Shown: positions 23,930-41,825, counted from the first letter of the stretch. The stretch: 64,000 nucleotides of DNA from Octopus vulgaris (GCA_951406725.2 OX597834.1:31372001-31436000); one strand, 5' to 3'. Program-made: numbers and translations. Notes: generated by a model not told the origin, from the letters alone.

Positions 23930-24285
23930 TTTTAATCCTATGCGTGTAAGCGAAAGCAGGGTATTATAGTTGCTTGTCTTTGTTTGTTTGTCTGTGTGTT
24001 TGCAAAATTACTGGAAAACAGCTGAATGGATTTTCACCAAATTTGGCAGAAATACTCAATGGGGGACTGGCTCAAGATGATGAAAATTTGGTTTGATTAC
24101 CTCCAAGCATACATAGATATGTGACCCTGTGTGTGTGTGTGTACAGTAATGGACTCGAGGGTTTCATTTATTTACGAGTTGATTTCTTAATTTTATAGAC
24201 CATAAATCCCCATAATGGTGATACTTAAAAAAAAGAAAAAATTGTCTGCATGCAGGATATGCATTGCCCCTCTGATGCCATTTTC
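23930..24285 (+). mobile_element. Helentron/DINE-1-like non-autonomous element
   Basis: T-run start, TTTGTTTGTCTGT microsatellite, GAATGGATTTTCACCAAATTTGG core and GC-rich hairpin-like end: architecture known from DINE-1/HINE elements. Confidence 0.55.
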
Positions 24286-24529
24286 TTTTCATCTTTTAGT
24301 TTTGTTGTTGTTTTATGGTTTGTGGGTTGTCTACATCAATGGTACTCAACCATTTCTTTTTACTTATGAACCCTTTGATCCTTTTTATTCTTGGGTGAAC
24401 CCCTCTCCCCCTATAGCCATTCGATGTTTAAAAGAAACCTTATTGTATTTTTATGATTAAATATTATTAGGAACTGTAGAAAAAAAAAGTATTAAAATAA
24501 ATATTTTGTGTAGAAGTATAAGCAATTTA

Positions 24530-24743
24530 TTACTCTCTTTACTCATTTACTTGTTTCAGTCATTTGACTGTGGCCATGCTGGAGCACCACCTTTAGTCGA
24601 GCAAATTGACCCCAGGACTTATTCTTTGTAAGCCTAGTATTTATTTTATTGGTTTCTTTTGCCGAACCGCTAAGTTACGGTGACGTAAACACATCAGCAT
24701 CGGTTGTCAAGCGATGTCGGAGGGGACAAACACAGACACACAA

Positions 24744-24804
<61 letters not shown>

Positions 24805-24908
24805 CATATATACGATGAGCTTCTTTCAGTTTCCGTCTACCAAATCCACTCACAAGGCTCTGGTCGGCCCGAGGCTATAGTAGAAGATACTTGCCCAAGG
24901 TGCCACAC
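24530..24908 (-). mobile_element. SINE-A (head truncated); further fragments at 25365-25550 and 26160-26330
   Basis: Alignment by eye to 14325-14725. Confidence 0.88.
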
Positions 24909-25546
24909 CTTTGTGGAATCAGGGTGAACCCAGGGGTTGAAAACTTGCCCTTCATTTGGTTCTTGAACATCTAACACTGAGATCTGATTCAAAAGCATTT
25001 GGGCTGCTATTTCTAGCAGGTAAAGTTTGGCTGATTCACGCCATCTCAGTTGGTGTTTGTTGGTTGATGCCAGAGATCAAGGGGGATATAAATGGCATTT
25101 ACTTCGTTAATTTTATATTGAGATAAGAAATTTGGGACAAATTGGCCAACAGTTTGGGTTCAGCTTGGAATTGGAACAATAGAAAGATTGCATTACAGAA
25201 TTCTCATCCATCCTTAACCTCTGATCAAACACCACCAGGGTATATTAGTCATTATAGACATGTTATAGTCAAGCTATTCAGCTCTCCTTAGTTTGGGGCT
25301 GCAGGACCACTTAACCCTCCATAGGAATCAGCTTAAAGGTCCACACAGAGGGCAGCTTTTAAGCTCTTTTACTCATTTCTTTGTTTCAGTCATATCACTG
25401 CAGCCATGCTGGAGCAACACCTTTAGTCACACAAATCGACCCCAGGACTTATTCTTTGTAAACCTAGTACTTATTCTATCGCTCTCAAACACACCATCAT
25501 CGGCTGTCAAACAATGGTTGAGGGACAAGCACAGACACACAAATAT

Positions 25547-25595
<49 letters not shown>

Positions 25596-25677
25596 TGTAC
25601 ACACACACACACACGTAGACACATACACACGCGTGTGCACACACACACATATATATCTATATCTATCTATCTGTCTA

Positions 25678-25736
<59 letters not shown>

Positions 25737-25750
25737 GTTATATATATATA

Positions 25751-25979
25751 CAGGGTGGCCCTAAAGTAGGTTTACAGTTATTCAACTATCTCTTTTGCAT
25801 TCATATATGAACAGTTTAGATCTTAATTATAAAAAAAATATGAAACCGTTATTCTATGCTAATTTAGTTAATTTTCTCAAGCTCCCATTTCAGTTTGTAA
25901 CATAGAAATTTAAATGTAATAAAATGTTTTAAAAGAAATTTAGTGCCTACGTGATAACTTTAAACCTACTTTTGGGCCA
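25751..25979. mobile_element. Tc1/mariner-type MITE, right end cut by a SINE-B 3' fragment (25979-26114)
   Basis: TA-CAGGGTGGCCCTAAAGTAGGTTTACAGTTA versus TAACTTTAAACCTACTTTTGGGCCA. Confidence 0.75.
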
Positions 25980-26114
25980 GGAAGGGCATCCAGCTGTAGA
26001 AGCAGTGCCAGATCAGACTGGAGCCTGGTGCAGCCTCCTGGCTTCCCAGACAACCCGGTCGAACCGTCCAACCCATGCTAGCACGGAAATCGGACGTTAA
26101 ACGATGATGATGAT

Positions 26115-26153
<39 letters not shown>

Positions 26154-26334
26154 GCTTATATGGCTTTCCAAAAGTATCAATCTGCTGACTTGACTCACAG
26201 GGCATTGGTCAGCCAAGACAGTGATCAAAGACATTTGTCCAAGGTCAAGAAGTTGCTTATTTGGGATTTGAACTCAAAACCATGTGGCTGTGAAGTGAAC
26301 TTCATCATTCAGCTTTTGCCTGTGACTCTATACA

Positions 26335-31980
<5,646 letters not shown>

Positions 31981-31988
31981 CACATACT

Positions 31989-32705
31989 CACCCATATTAA
32001 CTCTCTCTCACTCTCACATGCACTCACATACACACAAACACACACAAGCAGGCACAGGCGCGCGCACACATACACGCACGTAAAAGCACACACCCATATT
32101 AACTCTCTTTCTCTCACTCTTGCACACACACACACACAAAGGCATCCACTCACATACACATAAAAAGAAGCGAGCACACGCACCCATATTAGCTCTCTCT
32201 CTCTCACTCTGTCTGTCTTTCTCCCTTTTACTCTCTGTCTTCCTCTCTTTCTCCCTATTACTCTCTGTTTTTCTCCCTCTTCCTCTTTCTGTCTTTCTCC
32301 TTCTTACTCTCTCTGTTTTCTCCCTCTTCCTCTTTCTGTCTTTCTCCCTCTCTTTCTCCGTCTTCCTCTTTCTGTGTTTCTCCCTCTTCCACTTTCTGTC
32401 TTTCTCCCTCTCTTTCTCCTTACTCTCTCTGTTTTTCTCCCTCTTTTTCTCTTACACGCACACACGCACACACACACATATATACAGAGACACTCAGCTA
32501 CTCACACGCACACCAGCAGGCAGAGTCGCGCGCACGCACGCACACAGAAGCGCACACATCCACACCCATATTAATTCGACTACGACGACGAGGGCGATAG
32601 CGGCAGCGGCGACGGCGACGGCAGCGGTGGCGGTGGCGGCGACCGAGGCTGGCACACGGCACACACAGAGTGTAGAAAAATAAACAAACACAGAGTGTGT
32701 GAAAA
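31989..32705 (+). promoter_or_regulatory. Putative promoter/5' UTR of the gene starting at 32706 (CpG-rich, four CACCCATATTAR motifs)
   Basis: CpG-rich GGC/GAC tract 32580-32660 directly upstream of the ATG; motif at 31989, 32091, 32181, 32563; TSS not determinable. Confidence 0.45.
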
Positions 32706-32921
32706 ATGGCGTCGGATGTGGTTGAACAGTACTTCGACGGTGTTTTCGTTGACCAAAAGACATCGCTGGACGAAGTGGACGCATCGAAAGTGATTGAAAT
32801 TATCAGGGATTCAGAGATCCCGTTGAAATACTTCCACAAGGAGATATTTTCTGGACACGCTTCCTTGTCGTGTGGAGATCGTTTCGAAAGGACTTCTGAA
32901 CAGTCGCTCAAGTATCGTCTG
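32706..32921 (+). CDS. First coding exon (72 aa) of an unidentified host gene: MASDVVEQYFDGVFVDQKTSLDEVDASKVIEIIRDSEIPLKYFHKEIFSGHASLSCGDRFERTSEQSLKYRL
   Basis: AAAAATGG start context, high-complexity protein-like frame, consensus donor CTG|GTAAGT at 32921/32922 (phase 0) exactly where the sequence collapses into trinucleotide repeats. Confidence 0.85.
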
Positions 32922-32924
32922 GTA

Positions 32925-34215
32925 AGTCGCCGTAGTCGTTGTCGTCGTTATGTTGTTCCTTATTCAAACAACCCTTCACCCCCAACCCATCCCCCGCCTA
33001 ATTCCCACCCTTATCTACCCCTTTCATTCAATCATCATCATCATTGTCGTCGTTATCATCGTAATTATTGCTATCAATTATCATCGTCATCGTCGGCGCT
33101 GGCGGCATCATCATCACCATCATTACTATCACCATCATTACTATCATCATCACCACCACCACCACCATCATCATCATTCTCATCATCATCGTTGTCGTCG
33201 TCGTCGTCGTTTTTCTCGTCCTCGTGGTCGTCATGGTTGGGTGTTATGATAATCGTCGAAATCCCTCATGATTATTGTCGTCATTATTGTTATTATTGTC
33301 ATCTTAATCATTGTTATTATCATTATCATTAACCTCGTCATTGTCGTCGTCGTCGTTGTTGTCGGCATTGTCATCGTTACCACGATCATCGTCTATCATA
33401 TCAACGTCCTCACCACCACCAACATCACCACCATCATCATCATCATAATCATCATCCTCATCATCGTCATTCTCGTCCTGATGGTGGTGGTGGTGGTAGC
33501 GGTGGCGATGAAGATCGTCGTCGTGGTCTTCGTGGTTGTTATAAACATCATTATCGTCGTCACCTTCCTATTCATCTGCATCACCATCACCGTCATCACC
33601 ACCACCACCACTAATATCGTCGTCGTCATCATCATCATCGCCGTAAACGTCTTCGAGGTCATCATCGTTTATTATCATCAAAGTTGTCGCCGGCATTACC
33701 GTAGGTGTCCATCACATCGTCACTACCACCACCACCACCACCACCGCCACTACCACCCATCATCGTTATCATCGTCACAATCACTTCGTCCTCATCTTTT
33801 ACTATCATCATCACTGCTACCACCACTGCAACTACGAACATCATCATCACCACCATCATCATCGCTACTATCATCATCATCATCATCATCTCGACCTCCA
33901 ACATCATCGTTGTTCCCGCTCACACCACCATCACCATCATTTCATCAATTGACGTAAACATAACTAGCACCATCACCACCGCCACCGCCACCATCTCCAA
34001 CACCACAAGTAACAAACAAAATACTATCACCGCCCCAACCACCACCACCACCACTACCATCTCCTCCACCGACCATACCATAACAACCCCTCTTCTCAGT
34101 CAATACAGGAACCTCTGGTCCCATCACCACCACCACCATCATAGTTATCACCATTGCTGTCACAATCATCTACCACCATCACCACCACCACCACCACCAC
34201 CACTACAACTGCTGT

Positions 34216-34254
<39 letters not shown>

Positions 34255-34850
34255 GGCGGCGGCATTTTGTGTTCCTTTTTTCTATAAAAATATTTTCTGG
34301 GTGTAACTCAAAGAATTTTTTTATTGTTATTGTCGTTATTACCACCACCACCACCACCACCTGTATAATAGTAATGATAATAATGATGATGATGATGATG
34401 GTGGAGCTCATCATCATCATCATCATCATCGTCATATTGCCTTAGTAGTGGTGGCGGTGGCAGTGACGAAGTTTGTGATGCTGCTCGATGAAGTTGGCGG
34501 CGGCGCCGGTGGCGGTGTTTGCAGTGATGGCGGTGATTAGCAGTCAGTTGATGAGTACTTAGCAACCAGTAAACATTTCGACAACAACAACACTTCTGAT
34601 GCTTGCTGTTGTTCTTGTTGTTGTTGCTGTTGCTGCTTTCGTTTGTACGCTTTCCTGTTTATTCTGTGCACGCTTTCTTTCTGTCTTCCTGAACACCACC
34701 ACCATCACCACTATCACCGCCGCCACCACCTTTATCACTGCTTCCAGTGACACCATCATCATCGCCACCACCACCACAACCATCATCATCACCACAATAC
34801 TCGTTCAATAATTATTGGCACCTTTAGCATCGTTGTCGTTATTATTGTCA
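32925..34850. repeat. Degenerate trinucleotide field (CAT/CGT/CAC/TAC)n at the intron start
   Basis: Directly visible; CpG-retaining. Confidence 0.92.
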
Positions 34851-34851
34851 C

Positions 34852-35263
34852 AAGGTTGGCTTTTGCCTTTCGTCCATTCAGGGGTCGATCAAATAAGTAC
34901 CAGTTGTGTTCTGGGGTTGATGTAATCAATTTAACCACTCCCTTGAAATGACTGGCCTTGTGCCAAACTTTGAAAACATTTTTTTATTATTATCACAAGG
35001 GTCAACTTTGCATTTCATCCTTTCATGGTCAATAAAAAACATTACCAATTGATTACTGGGGTCGATGCAATCAATTAGCACTCCTTCTCTCAAACTTTCA
35101 GGCCTTGTGTCATTTTCGGAAAGGATTATTATTACCATCCTGAGGTTGACTTTGCCTTCTGTCCCTTCAGGGGTGATAAAAATAAAGTTACCAGGCAAAT
35201 ACTAGGATTAAACATTATTCACTTGCTCTGTCCCCCAAATTTGCTTTGGGTCAAAATTTGAAA

Positions 35264-35318
<55 letters not shown>

Positions 35319-36055
35319 GTTATTATTATTATACCTCTGCATGCTATGCATATGTCCCCTCTTTCCCAGTGTATACTTTTTTTTTCATTTCATTATTATA
35401 TGTATATCCCCACACTTTATGTCTGTCTCTGTATTGTCCCCCTCATCTTTCACCCTTGTGGCAAATAAATTAAATTATTATTATTATTATTATTAAGGTA
35501 GCAAGCTGACAGAATTCTTAGCACGCTGGTCTAACAATTTCATCTGCCACTATGTTCTGAGTTCAAATTCCGCGGAGGTCGACTTTGCCTTTCATTCTTT
35601 CGGGGTCGATGAAATAAGTACCATTTATGCACTGGGGTTGATATAATCAACTAGCCCCCTTCTCCCCCAAATTTTCAAGGCCTTGTGCCTAAAGTAGACA
35701 TAATCATTATTACACTCTCTCTGATGCCCTGCAACTAATAAAAGAAATTATAATTATCAGCATTTCTCCCGGCTTTACATTCTGGGTTCAAATGCCACAT
35801 AGAGTGATAGATAGCTTCTCATCCTCTTTGCAGTCGATAAAATAAGGTACCAGCAAAGTACTAGAAATTGCTGGCCCAGTGTTAAAATTTTAAACTGATA
35901 TTATCTTGATTGTTTATACCTTGAGTTCATATATCATGGAGGCCTCAACTCTGCTTTTCATTTGGCCCCCAAGGGTTGGGATCAATGAAGTAAGTGCCTG
36001 TCAAATATTTGGTTTGGATAGAAACAAATATTTCCTCCCTTCAAAACAATCTACA
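34852..36055 (+). mobile_element. Head-to-tail cluster of ~6 decayed SINE-C units separated by (TTA)n
   Basis: Recurrent GGT(C/T)(G/A)ACTTTGCCTTTCATCCTTT..GGGGTCGATAAAATAAGTACCAG core at ~34853, ~35000, ~35143, ~35577, ~35810, ~35940. Confidence 0.8.
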
Positions 36056-36361
36056 GTCTTATATTGCTTTTAGTCACTGGACAGAGGCTCTTTCAGGACA
36101 CGGCCTTTAAGGGACATGACCTTTAGTCAATCATCTATTGAGTGGCTTTTGGAGTAAAGGGATGTTACATGACACCTGTTTATAGCACTGTGTGTATGGG
36201 TCCCAGTTGGTTTCAATGCAGAATATTCCATACAAATACTCTCTGTCAGTCACCATATTTTCTCTGCACATCAACACGTCTTGCTGGGCACTGACACCCT
36301 TAAGTTTTAATACTTGACAGCCCATCTTTCCAACAATAACTTTGGCTCCATGTGTCATTAA

Positions 36362-36572
36362 CCCTTTAGTGTTCACATTATTCTGCCAAAATTGATCCTT
36401 TTTTATCCACATTGCCTTGAACTAATCAGGCATTATCTTGGAGCTATGAGATTTTGATGAGGTAGCTGTTAATTTTTAAAACGATATTGTAGGATTGGTG
36501 TGAGAGACCAGATCTGGTCAGTTTGAACATAAAACAGGTGGAATACTTTTGGCCGGTTTAAATGCTAAAGGG
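36362..36572. mobile_element. piggyBac-type MITE
   Basis: TTAA|CCCTTTAG...CTAAAGGG|TTAA; close second copy at 48642-48862. Confidence 0.9.
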
Positions 36573-36584
36573 TTAAAGACTGGT

Positions 36585-37200
36585 GAAATATTCTATTTTC
36601 GAAAGACTTTCAACCTGGAAACTACGAATTACTTCCAGAAATCTCTAGTCTGTCAGTGCTACAAGGGAAAGAGATTGCCATTTCAAGATAAGCTCGACTG
36701 GCATGGTAAAACCATTAGATGGACCTACCAAGATGTATGCTGGGTCATGGAACTGTTCTGCATGCGCTCACTCATTCAGTATTTGGCTGTCGCTAATTTG
36801 TGGGGTTATGTTGAACAGCTGTTGTTATGTGTAGGACAGATCCAGCTATCAACCCAGTCCATCATGAGGATCACCTCATCACCTACCTTTGACTGGGAAT
36901 GGCAGGTAGTTTTCCTCTGTGTCCATGGTGTCCATGGCAAAATGACATTGCATGGTGAAAATTAAAAGGGACCAAAAGGTATTGCTTTTTCTCTTTGGCC
37001 TTGACTTCATCAAGTTCCACTTAGTGAAGGAGGTGGACATGGACAAATAAATTCTACCCTTCAGTGGATTTACTGTAAAGTTGTTGAGAGTGGTAAGAAT
37101 GACCTAGGCGAACGGGTTAACTCTCAGTGCACACCTGTAGGCCCGGGAACACAGATGGGAGAGGGCACTCTCTCTTGATTGTCAGGATAATTGTAGGGTT
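36585..37200 (+). pseudogene. Decayed L1/Tx1-like LINE ORF2 C-terminus (tentative)
   Basis: LPFQDKLDWHG...ETVLHAL...WGYVEQLL resembles the eroded zinc-knuckle region of L1/Tx1 ORF2; frameshifted. Confidence 0.5.
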
Positions 37201-37244
37201 CCGTGAGTGACCCTAGACTGCTGCCATTTTGTTGGAATGTCTTA

Positions 37245-37657
37245 TTTACTCTTTACTCTTTTACTTGTTTCAGTCATTTGACTGCGGCCATGCTGGATCA
37301 CCGCCTTTAATCGAGCAACTCGACCCCCGGGACTTCTTCTTTTGTAAGCCCAGTACTTATTCTATCGGTCTCTTTTGCCGAACCGCTAAGTAACGGGGCA
37401 TAAACACACCAGCATCGGTTGTCAAGCAATGCTAGGGGGACAAACACAAACACACAAACACGCACATGCATATATATATATATACATATATACGATGGGC
37501 TTCTTTCAGTTTCCATCTACTAAATCCACTCACAAGGCTTACTCGGCCCGAGGCTATATAGTAGAAGACATTTGCCCAAGGTGCCATGCAGTGGGACTGA
37601 ACCCGGAACCATGTGGTTCGTAAGCAAGCTACTTACCACACAGCCACTCCTGCGCCT
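37245..37657 (-). mobile_element. SINE-A, full length
   Basis: Reverse complement of 62619-63035. Confidence 0.92.
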
Positions 37658-37791
37658 ATTTGATAGCTTTTTGTGCATTTGTTTCCCATGCTTGCCTTTT
37701 GTTCGTCTTTTCACAATGAATTCTATGTAAAACCCCAGCACTTTTGCTCTTGGTATGTTCTTTCATCTTTCAATATTGTGGTAAACAAAGT

Positions 37792-38010
37792 CCGTGAGCA
37801 AGCAGAATCGTTAGGATGCTGAGCAAAATGTTTAGTGGTGTTTCACCTGGCTTTGTGTTCTGAGTTCAAATCCCACCGAGGTCAACTTTGCCTTTCATCC
37901 TTTCAGGGCTGATAAAATAAGTACCACTTGAGCACTGGGGTTGATGTAATTGCTTTACACCCTCCTCCAAAATTGCTGGCGTTGTGCCAAAATTTGAAAC
38001 CAATATTGTA
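37792..38010 (+). mobile_element. SINE-C, full length, CpG-decayed
   Basis: GCAGAATCGTTAG..GTTCTGAGTTCAAATCCC head plus core, aligns to 46612-46836. Confidence 0.85.
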
Positions 38011-38598
38011 ATAAATGAAAAAAATAAGTTTTATTTGACTTCTTCAAGTCTAATTTGTAAAGGAAAGGGAGAATGGAGAGAAAAGGGGTTTTGCTCCAGA
38101 GAACTTGTGAAAAGGTAGGTGACTGAGAAAAATGGTCCAGGTGAATGGAACTACTCTAAGCATGCACTTGTTGATTGGAGAGCAACAATTAGGTGAGGGC
38201 TTGTGCCGTTGGTGGCCAGGGTGATCCTGGATCTGTGGGGTTTCTTGGTTGGCCCTATCTGGAGGCTTCTGCATCATCCTTAGACCTGTAAGATCTTGTC
38301 AGACTGTCCAACCCATGCTAGTATGGAACTTGGATGTTAAATGTTGATAGTGATGATGAGGATGGTCATGAAGTTCTCAAAGAAATCGAAGTTAAATATA
38401 TCCTTTAATTATTTTTAGGTATCTTACAGATTGTGAGCCCCCTAATCTCTAACGTGTTTAGCTTAGGGCCTTAATCCAGCTTTGAGGTGCATATGGTAAC
38501 AATTAAAATCTGATATACCTGCAATTAAAATTTGATATACCTTGTGGTTAATTCGTGGTTCTTCAATAGCAGCTCACTGAATCTATTGTTTATCTTGA

Positions 38599-39093
38599 TC
38601 CCTCAGAGTTAAACCTACAAAATCTGCTGCATATTGTAGGTCTGCACTGACCCCTCAGAGTTAACCTACAAAATCTCCTACATGCTGTAGGCTTACTTTG
38701 GTTCCTCAGATTTAACCCACAAAATCTGCTACATATTGTAGGTCTACACTGGCCCCTCAGAGTTAACCTACAAAATCCCCTACATGCTGTAGGCTTACTT
38801 TGGTCCCTCAGAGTTAAACCCACAAAATCTGCTACATATTGTAGGTCTACACTGGCCCCTCAGAGTTAACCTACAAAATCCCCTACATGCTGTAGGCTTA
38901 CTTTGGTCCCTCAGAGTTAAACCCACAAAATCTGCTACATATTGTAGGTCTGCACTGGCCCCTCAGAGTTAACCTACAAAATCCCCTACATGTTGCTGGC
39001 TTCCCTTGGTCCCTCAGAGTTAACCCACAAAATCAGTTACATGTGGTAGGTTTACCTTTGTCCCTCAGAGTTAACCCATAAAATCTGCTACAT
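38599..39093. repeat. Minisatellite: ten 51-52-bp units in alternating A/B (103-bp) order
   Basis: CCTCAGA at 38601, 38653, 38704, 38755, 38806, 38858, 38909, 38961, 39012, 39063. Confidence 0.95.
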
Positions 39094-39554
39094 GTGATTT
39101 TTGTACCTTAGTCCATTGTTCAGAAAACTCAGCATGATGGAAATATCCCATTTTTCAATTTCATATTTTATCATAGTGGTGGTGGTGGTGGTGGTGGCTG
39201 TGATGATGATGGTGGCAGTAGTGGTAGTGGTGGTGGTAGTTCTTTCTTATTTGATAACGAGGATTCAATTGTTCAGTTCAATCAACTGGATTACCTGCTT
39301 CTGAATCAATGTGTAAGTGATTGAGTATTCCACAGACATGAGTACCCCTTGATATAATTCTCCGACAGTAACAGCATGACACAGGAGGTAACAATGCTGG
39401 GCCTTTGGAGTTAGAGGTACAACCCATCATTTATGATAATCTAAGTGGCTGAGTACTCCACAGACACAATTACTGTTAATGTAAACCTCAGACAGAAGCA
39501 GCATGATGCAGTGTATAACAACGCTGACCCTTTTGAATTACCGGTACACTCATG

Positions 39555-39845
39555 AGGTGCCATGTAACAGCACCCATGTGGTTCCACATAAAAATGTCCA
39601 TGGGGTGCCACATAAAAGTGTCTGTGCAGTACCATGTAAAACACGAATGTGGCGCCATGTAGAAACACCTGTGCAGTGCCTCGGAGAAAGCATCCAACAC
39701 ACTCCTGTAAAGTGGTTGGCGTTAGGAAGGGCATCCAGCTGTAGGAATCATGCCAGATCACATTGGAGTCTGGTACAGCCCTTCAACTTGCCAGCCTTGG
39801 TCTAACTGTCCAGCCCATGCCAGTATGGACAACGGATGTTAAATA
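39555..39845 (+). mobile_element. Old SINE-B relative with shorter degenerate internal repeats
   Basis: G(G/T)GCCA(T/C)(G/A)TAAAA-like units, GGTTGGCGTTAGGAAGGGCATCCAGC, AACGGATGTTAAA tail. Confidence 0.75.
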
Positions 39846-40339
39846 ATGTCTACCCAGTTTCACTTACAAGATGTGGGTCGACCCAAGACTATAGAAAATG
39901 ATAACAGAGATGTTAAAATTCAGAATCAAACAGTGAGTATACTTGAACCTTTTTCAAGTGATGAAGGGCCTTGCACGGGAGCCAGTCCTACTCCCTATAC
40001 AACACAAGCATTTGCCCAAAAGGAAAAGCTAATTTACGTAACTGGGGGCAAAGTGGTGGGTGTTAAGAGTAGGGCTTTACTTCTCCTAGAGAGATATCTA
40101 AACAAAGACAAAGGATCTCTCAGTCGACTTGAGAGAAATAGCAGCTAAATCTTCCTAGAATCCACCATTTTTATGAAAAATAAGAGATGTATTCTTTTTT
40201 CAATAAAAAGCATGTATTTTATAAAAGATACGCTGGAGTGCTTTTGTTCGTAGGCCTGCTTTGTCAAAGACGACCTAGGGCTAAACATCAACAATTTTAT
40301 AGAAGGACACATTGATAATGTAGTCCAAGATATACTATT

Positions 40340-40463
40340 AATTACGTTTGTCCTCATCTTGTTTGTTGTTAACACAACATTTCGGCTGATATACCCTCCA
40401 GCCTTCATCAGGTGTCTTGGGGAAATTTCAAACCTGGGTTCTCATTCCTAAGGTATTTTTTGA

Positions 40464-40501
<38 letters not shown>

Positions 40502-40572
40502 TCACTGCTTGAAATTGAACTCAGAATCTTGGGGTTAGTAGCCCGTAATCTTAACCACTATGCCATATACCC
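40340..40572 (-). mobile_element. SINE-E: tRNA-like head + (AAT)n + hammerhead ribozyme
   Basis: Minus strand A box TGGCATAGTGG (40565-40555), B box GAGTTCAATTTC (40522-40511), anticodon-like GGG-CTACTAA-CCC, (AAT)n, then a hammerhead. Confidence 0.78.
40371..40416 (-). ncRNA. Minimal type I hammerhead ribozyme motif (PLE type)
   Basis: GACAC-CUGAUGA-A-GGCUG-GAGGGUAUAU-CAGCC-GAAA-U-GUU-GUGUU; GAAAUGUU is one CpG transition from the palindromic GAAACGUU. Confidence 0.82.
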
Positions 40573-40961
40573 ATCAAATGTAAATAATGCACATAATTCC
40601 TCATCTCTTAAATATAGAACTGCAACATATACTATGCCTAAAACTAAAAGAGGAGATGGTCACTATTGGAATACTTCTGATCATTGGCCTGGTGGATTAA
40701 GGCTCCCATGGTGCTAAACAAAGACAAAGGGTCTCTCACTCCAAGATGATTCTACTGGGTTTGTCTGTCTTTTGACAGGTTTTGCTGTTTTTTGTCCTGT
40801 AGGGTTTCCAGCGAAACCCCGTCCTCTTTACCAAAGAGGATCAGTAAGGATGCTGGTTTAAATGCCAACAGGTCTGACCATGCAACAGGTCTGACCATGC
40901 AACAGGTCATGGCTGGGTTACATGTTACTAGTAGCACTAAGAGTGATGTGACACAAATACA

Positions 40962-41017
<56 letters not shown>

Positions 41018-41329
41018 TATGTCATCCCACTTGAAAATTAGAGTTTGGTTGCTGCACTTTAAAATTTTGTGTGTGTGTGTGTGTGTGTAAGTATGTGTGT
41101 GTTTCACACCACTTCAAAAGCATGATAATGAAACCATTAGAAAAATTATCATCATTGTCATCATCATCATCATCATTATCATCATCATCATCGTCATCAT
41201 CATCCTTGTCATCATCATCATCATCATCCTCATCATTATCATTTTGCTGTTGTTGATGTCCTCCTCCTCTTCTTATGTCGAGGGGTACACATGTTTTTGT
41301 AAAAAAAAAAATGCCTTGTGATATTTCTT

Positions 41330-41825
41330 CCAACTCTTAACATTCAGAGTTCAAATCCTGCATGGTCAAGCTTGCCTTTCATCCTTTTTAGAAGTGATAA
41401 AATAAAGTACCGGTCAAGTACTGGGTGGGTGGGGGGGTCGATGTTATTGACTAATTCCTTCTTACAAATATTAGGTCTTGAGCCTCAATTAGAAACAATT
41501 ATTATTATTATTATTATTATTATTGCCTTTGCACAGCTTCTAACATTGGAGATGTACTATGGTGTCAGCCATTCACTACAAGTGAACTAAGGTATCACCT
41601 CCTATTTTTCGAGCACCTTCCAGAGTCTTCGAGTATTCGAGCGGTTCCAAGCAGTGCTGTTTTCTGCAAGTGCTCCACCCTTATTGCAGCCCCTATTTTT
41701 TCCATGTACTTCTCGAGATTTTTGCTCACTGTTCCCAGGGCTCTGATAATTATTGGTACTACTGCTACCTTTTTCATCAACTACAATCATCGTCATCATC
41801 ATCATCATCATCATTATTATTATTA

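Larger units (their letters stand above)
40098..40738. repeat. 25-bp direct repeats (40098-40122, 40714-40738), probable TSD of an older retroposon hosting the tRNA-hammerhead element
   Basis: CTAAACAAAGACAAAGG(A/G)TCTCTCA twice, one mismatch. Confidence 0.65.

Noticed and set aside
32922-33332. C-terminal two thirds of the 208-aa ORF
   Set aside because: Lies after a consensus GTAAGT donor and is trinucleotide repeat; interpreted as intron
38400-38470. Acceptor-like TTATTTTTAG|G as exon 2 of the gene
   Set aside because: No convincing open frame or donor downstream; such sites are common in AT-rich DNA
38599-39093. CRISPR-like array with palindromic repeats
   Set aside because: No unique spacers; an alternating dimeric minisatellite
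40497-40572. Functional tRNA gene (likewise the SINE-A/C/D heads)
   Set aside because: A/B boxes are present but the acceptor and T stems do not pair properly, and heads run into repeat bodies
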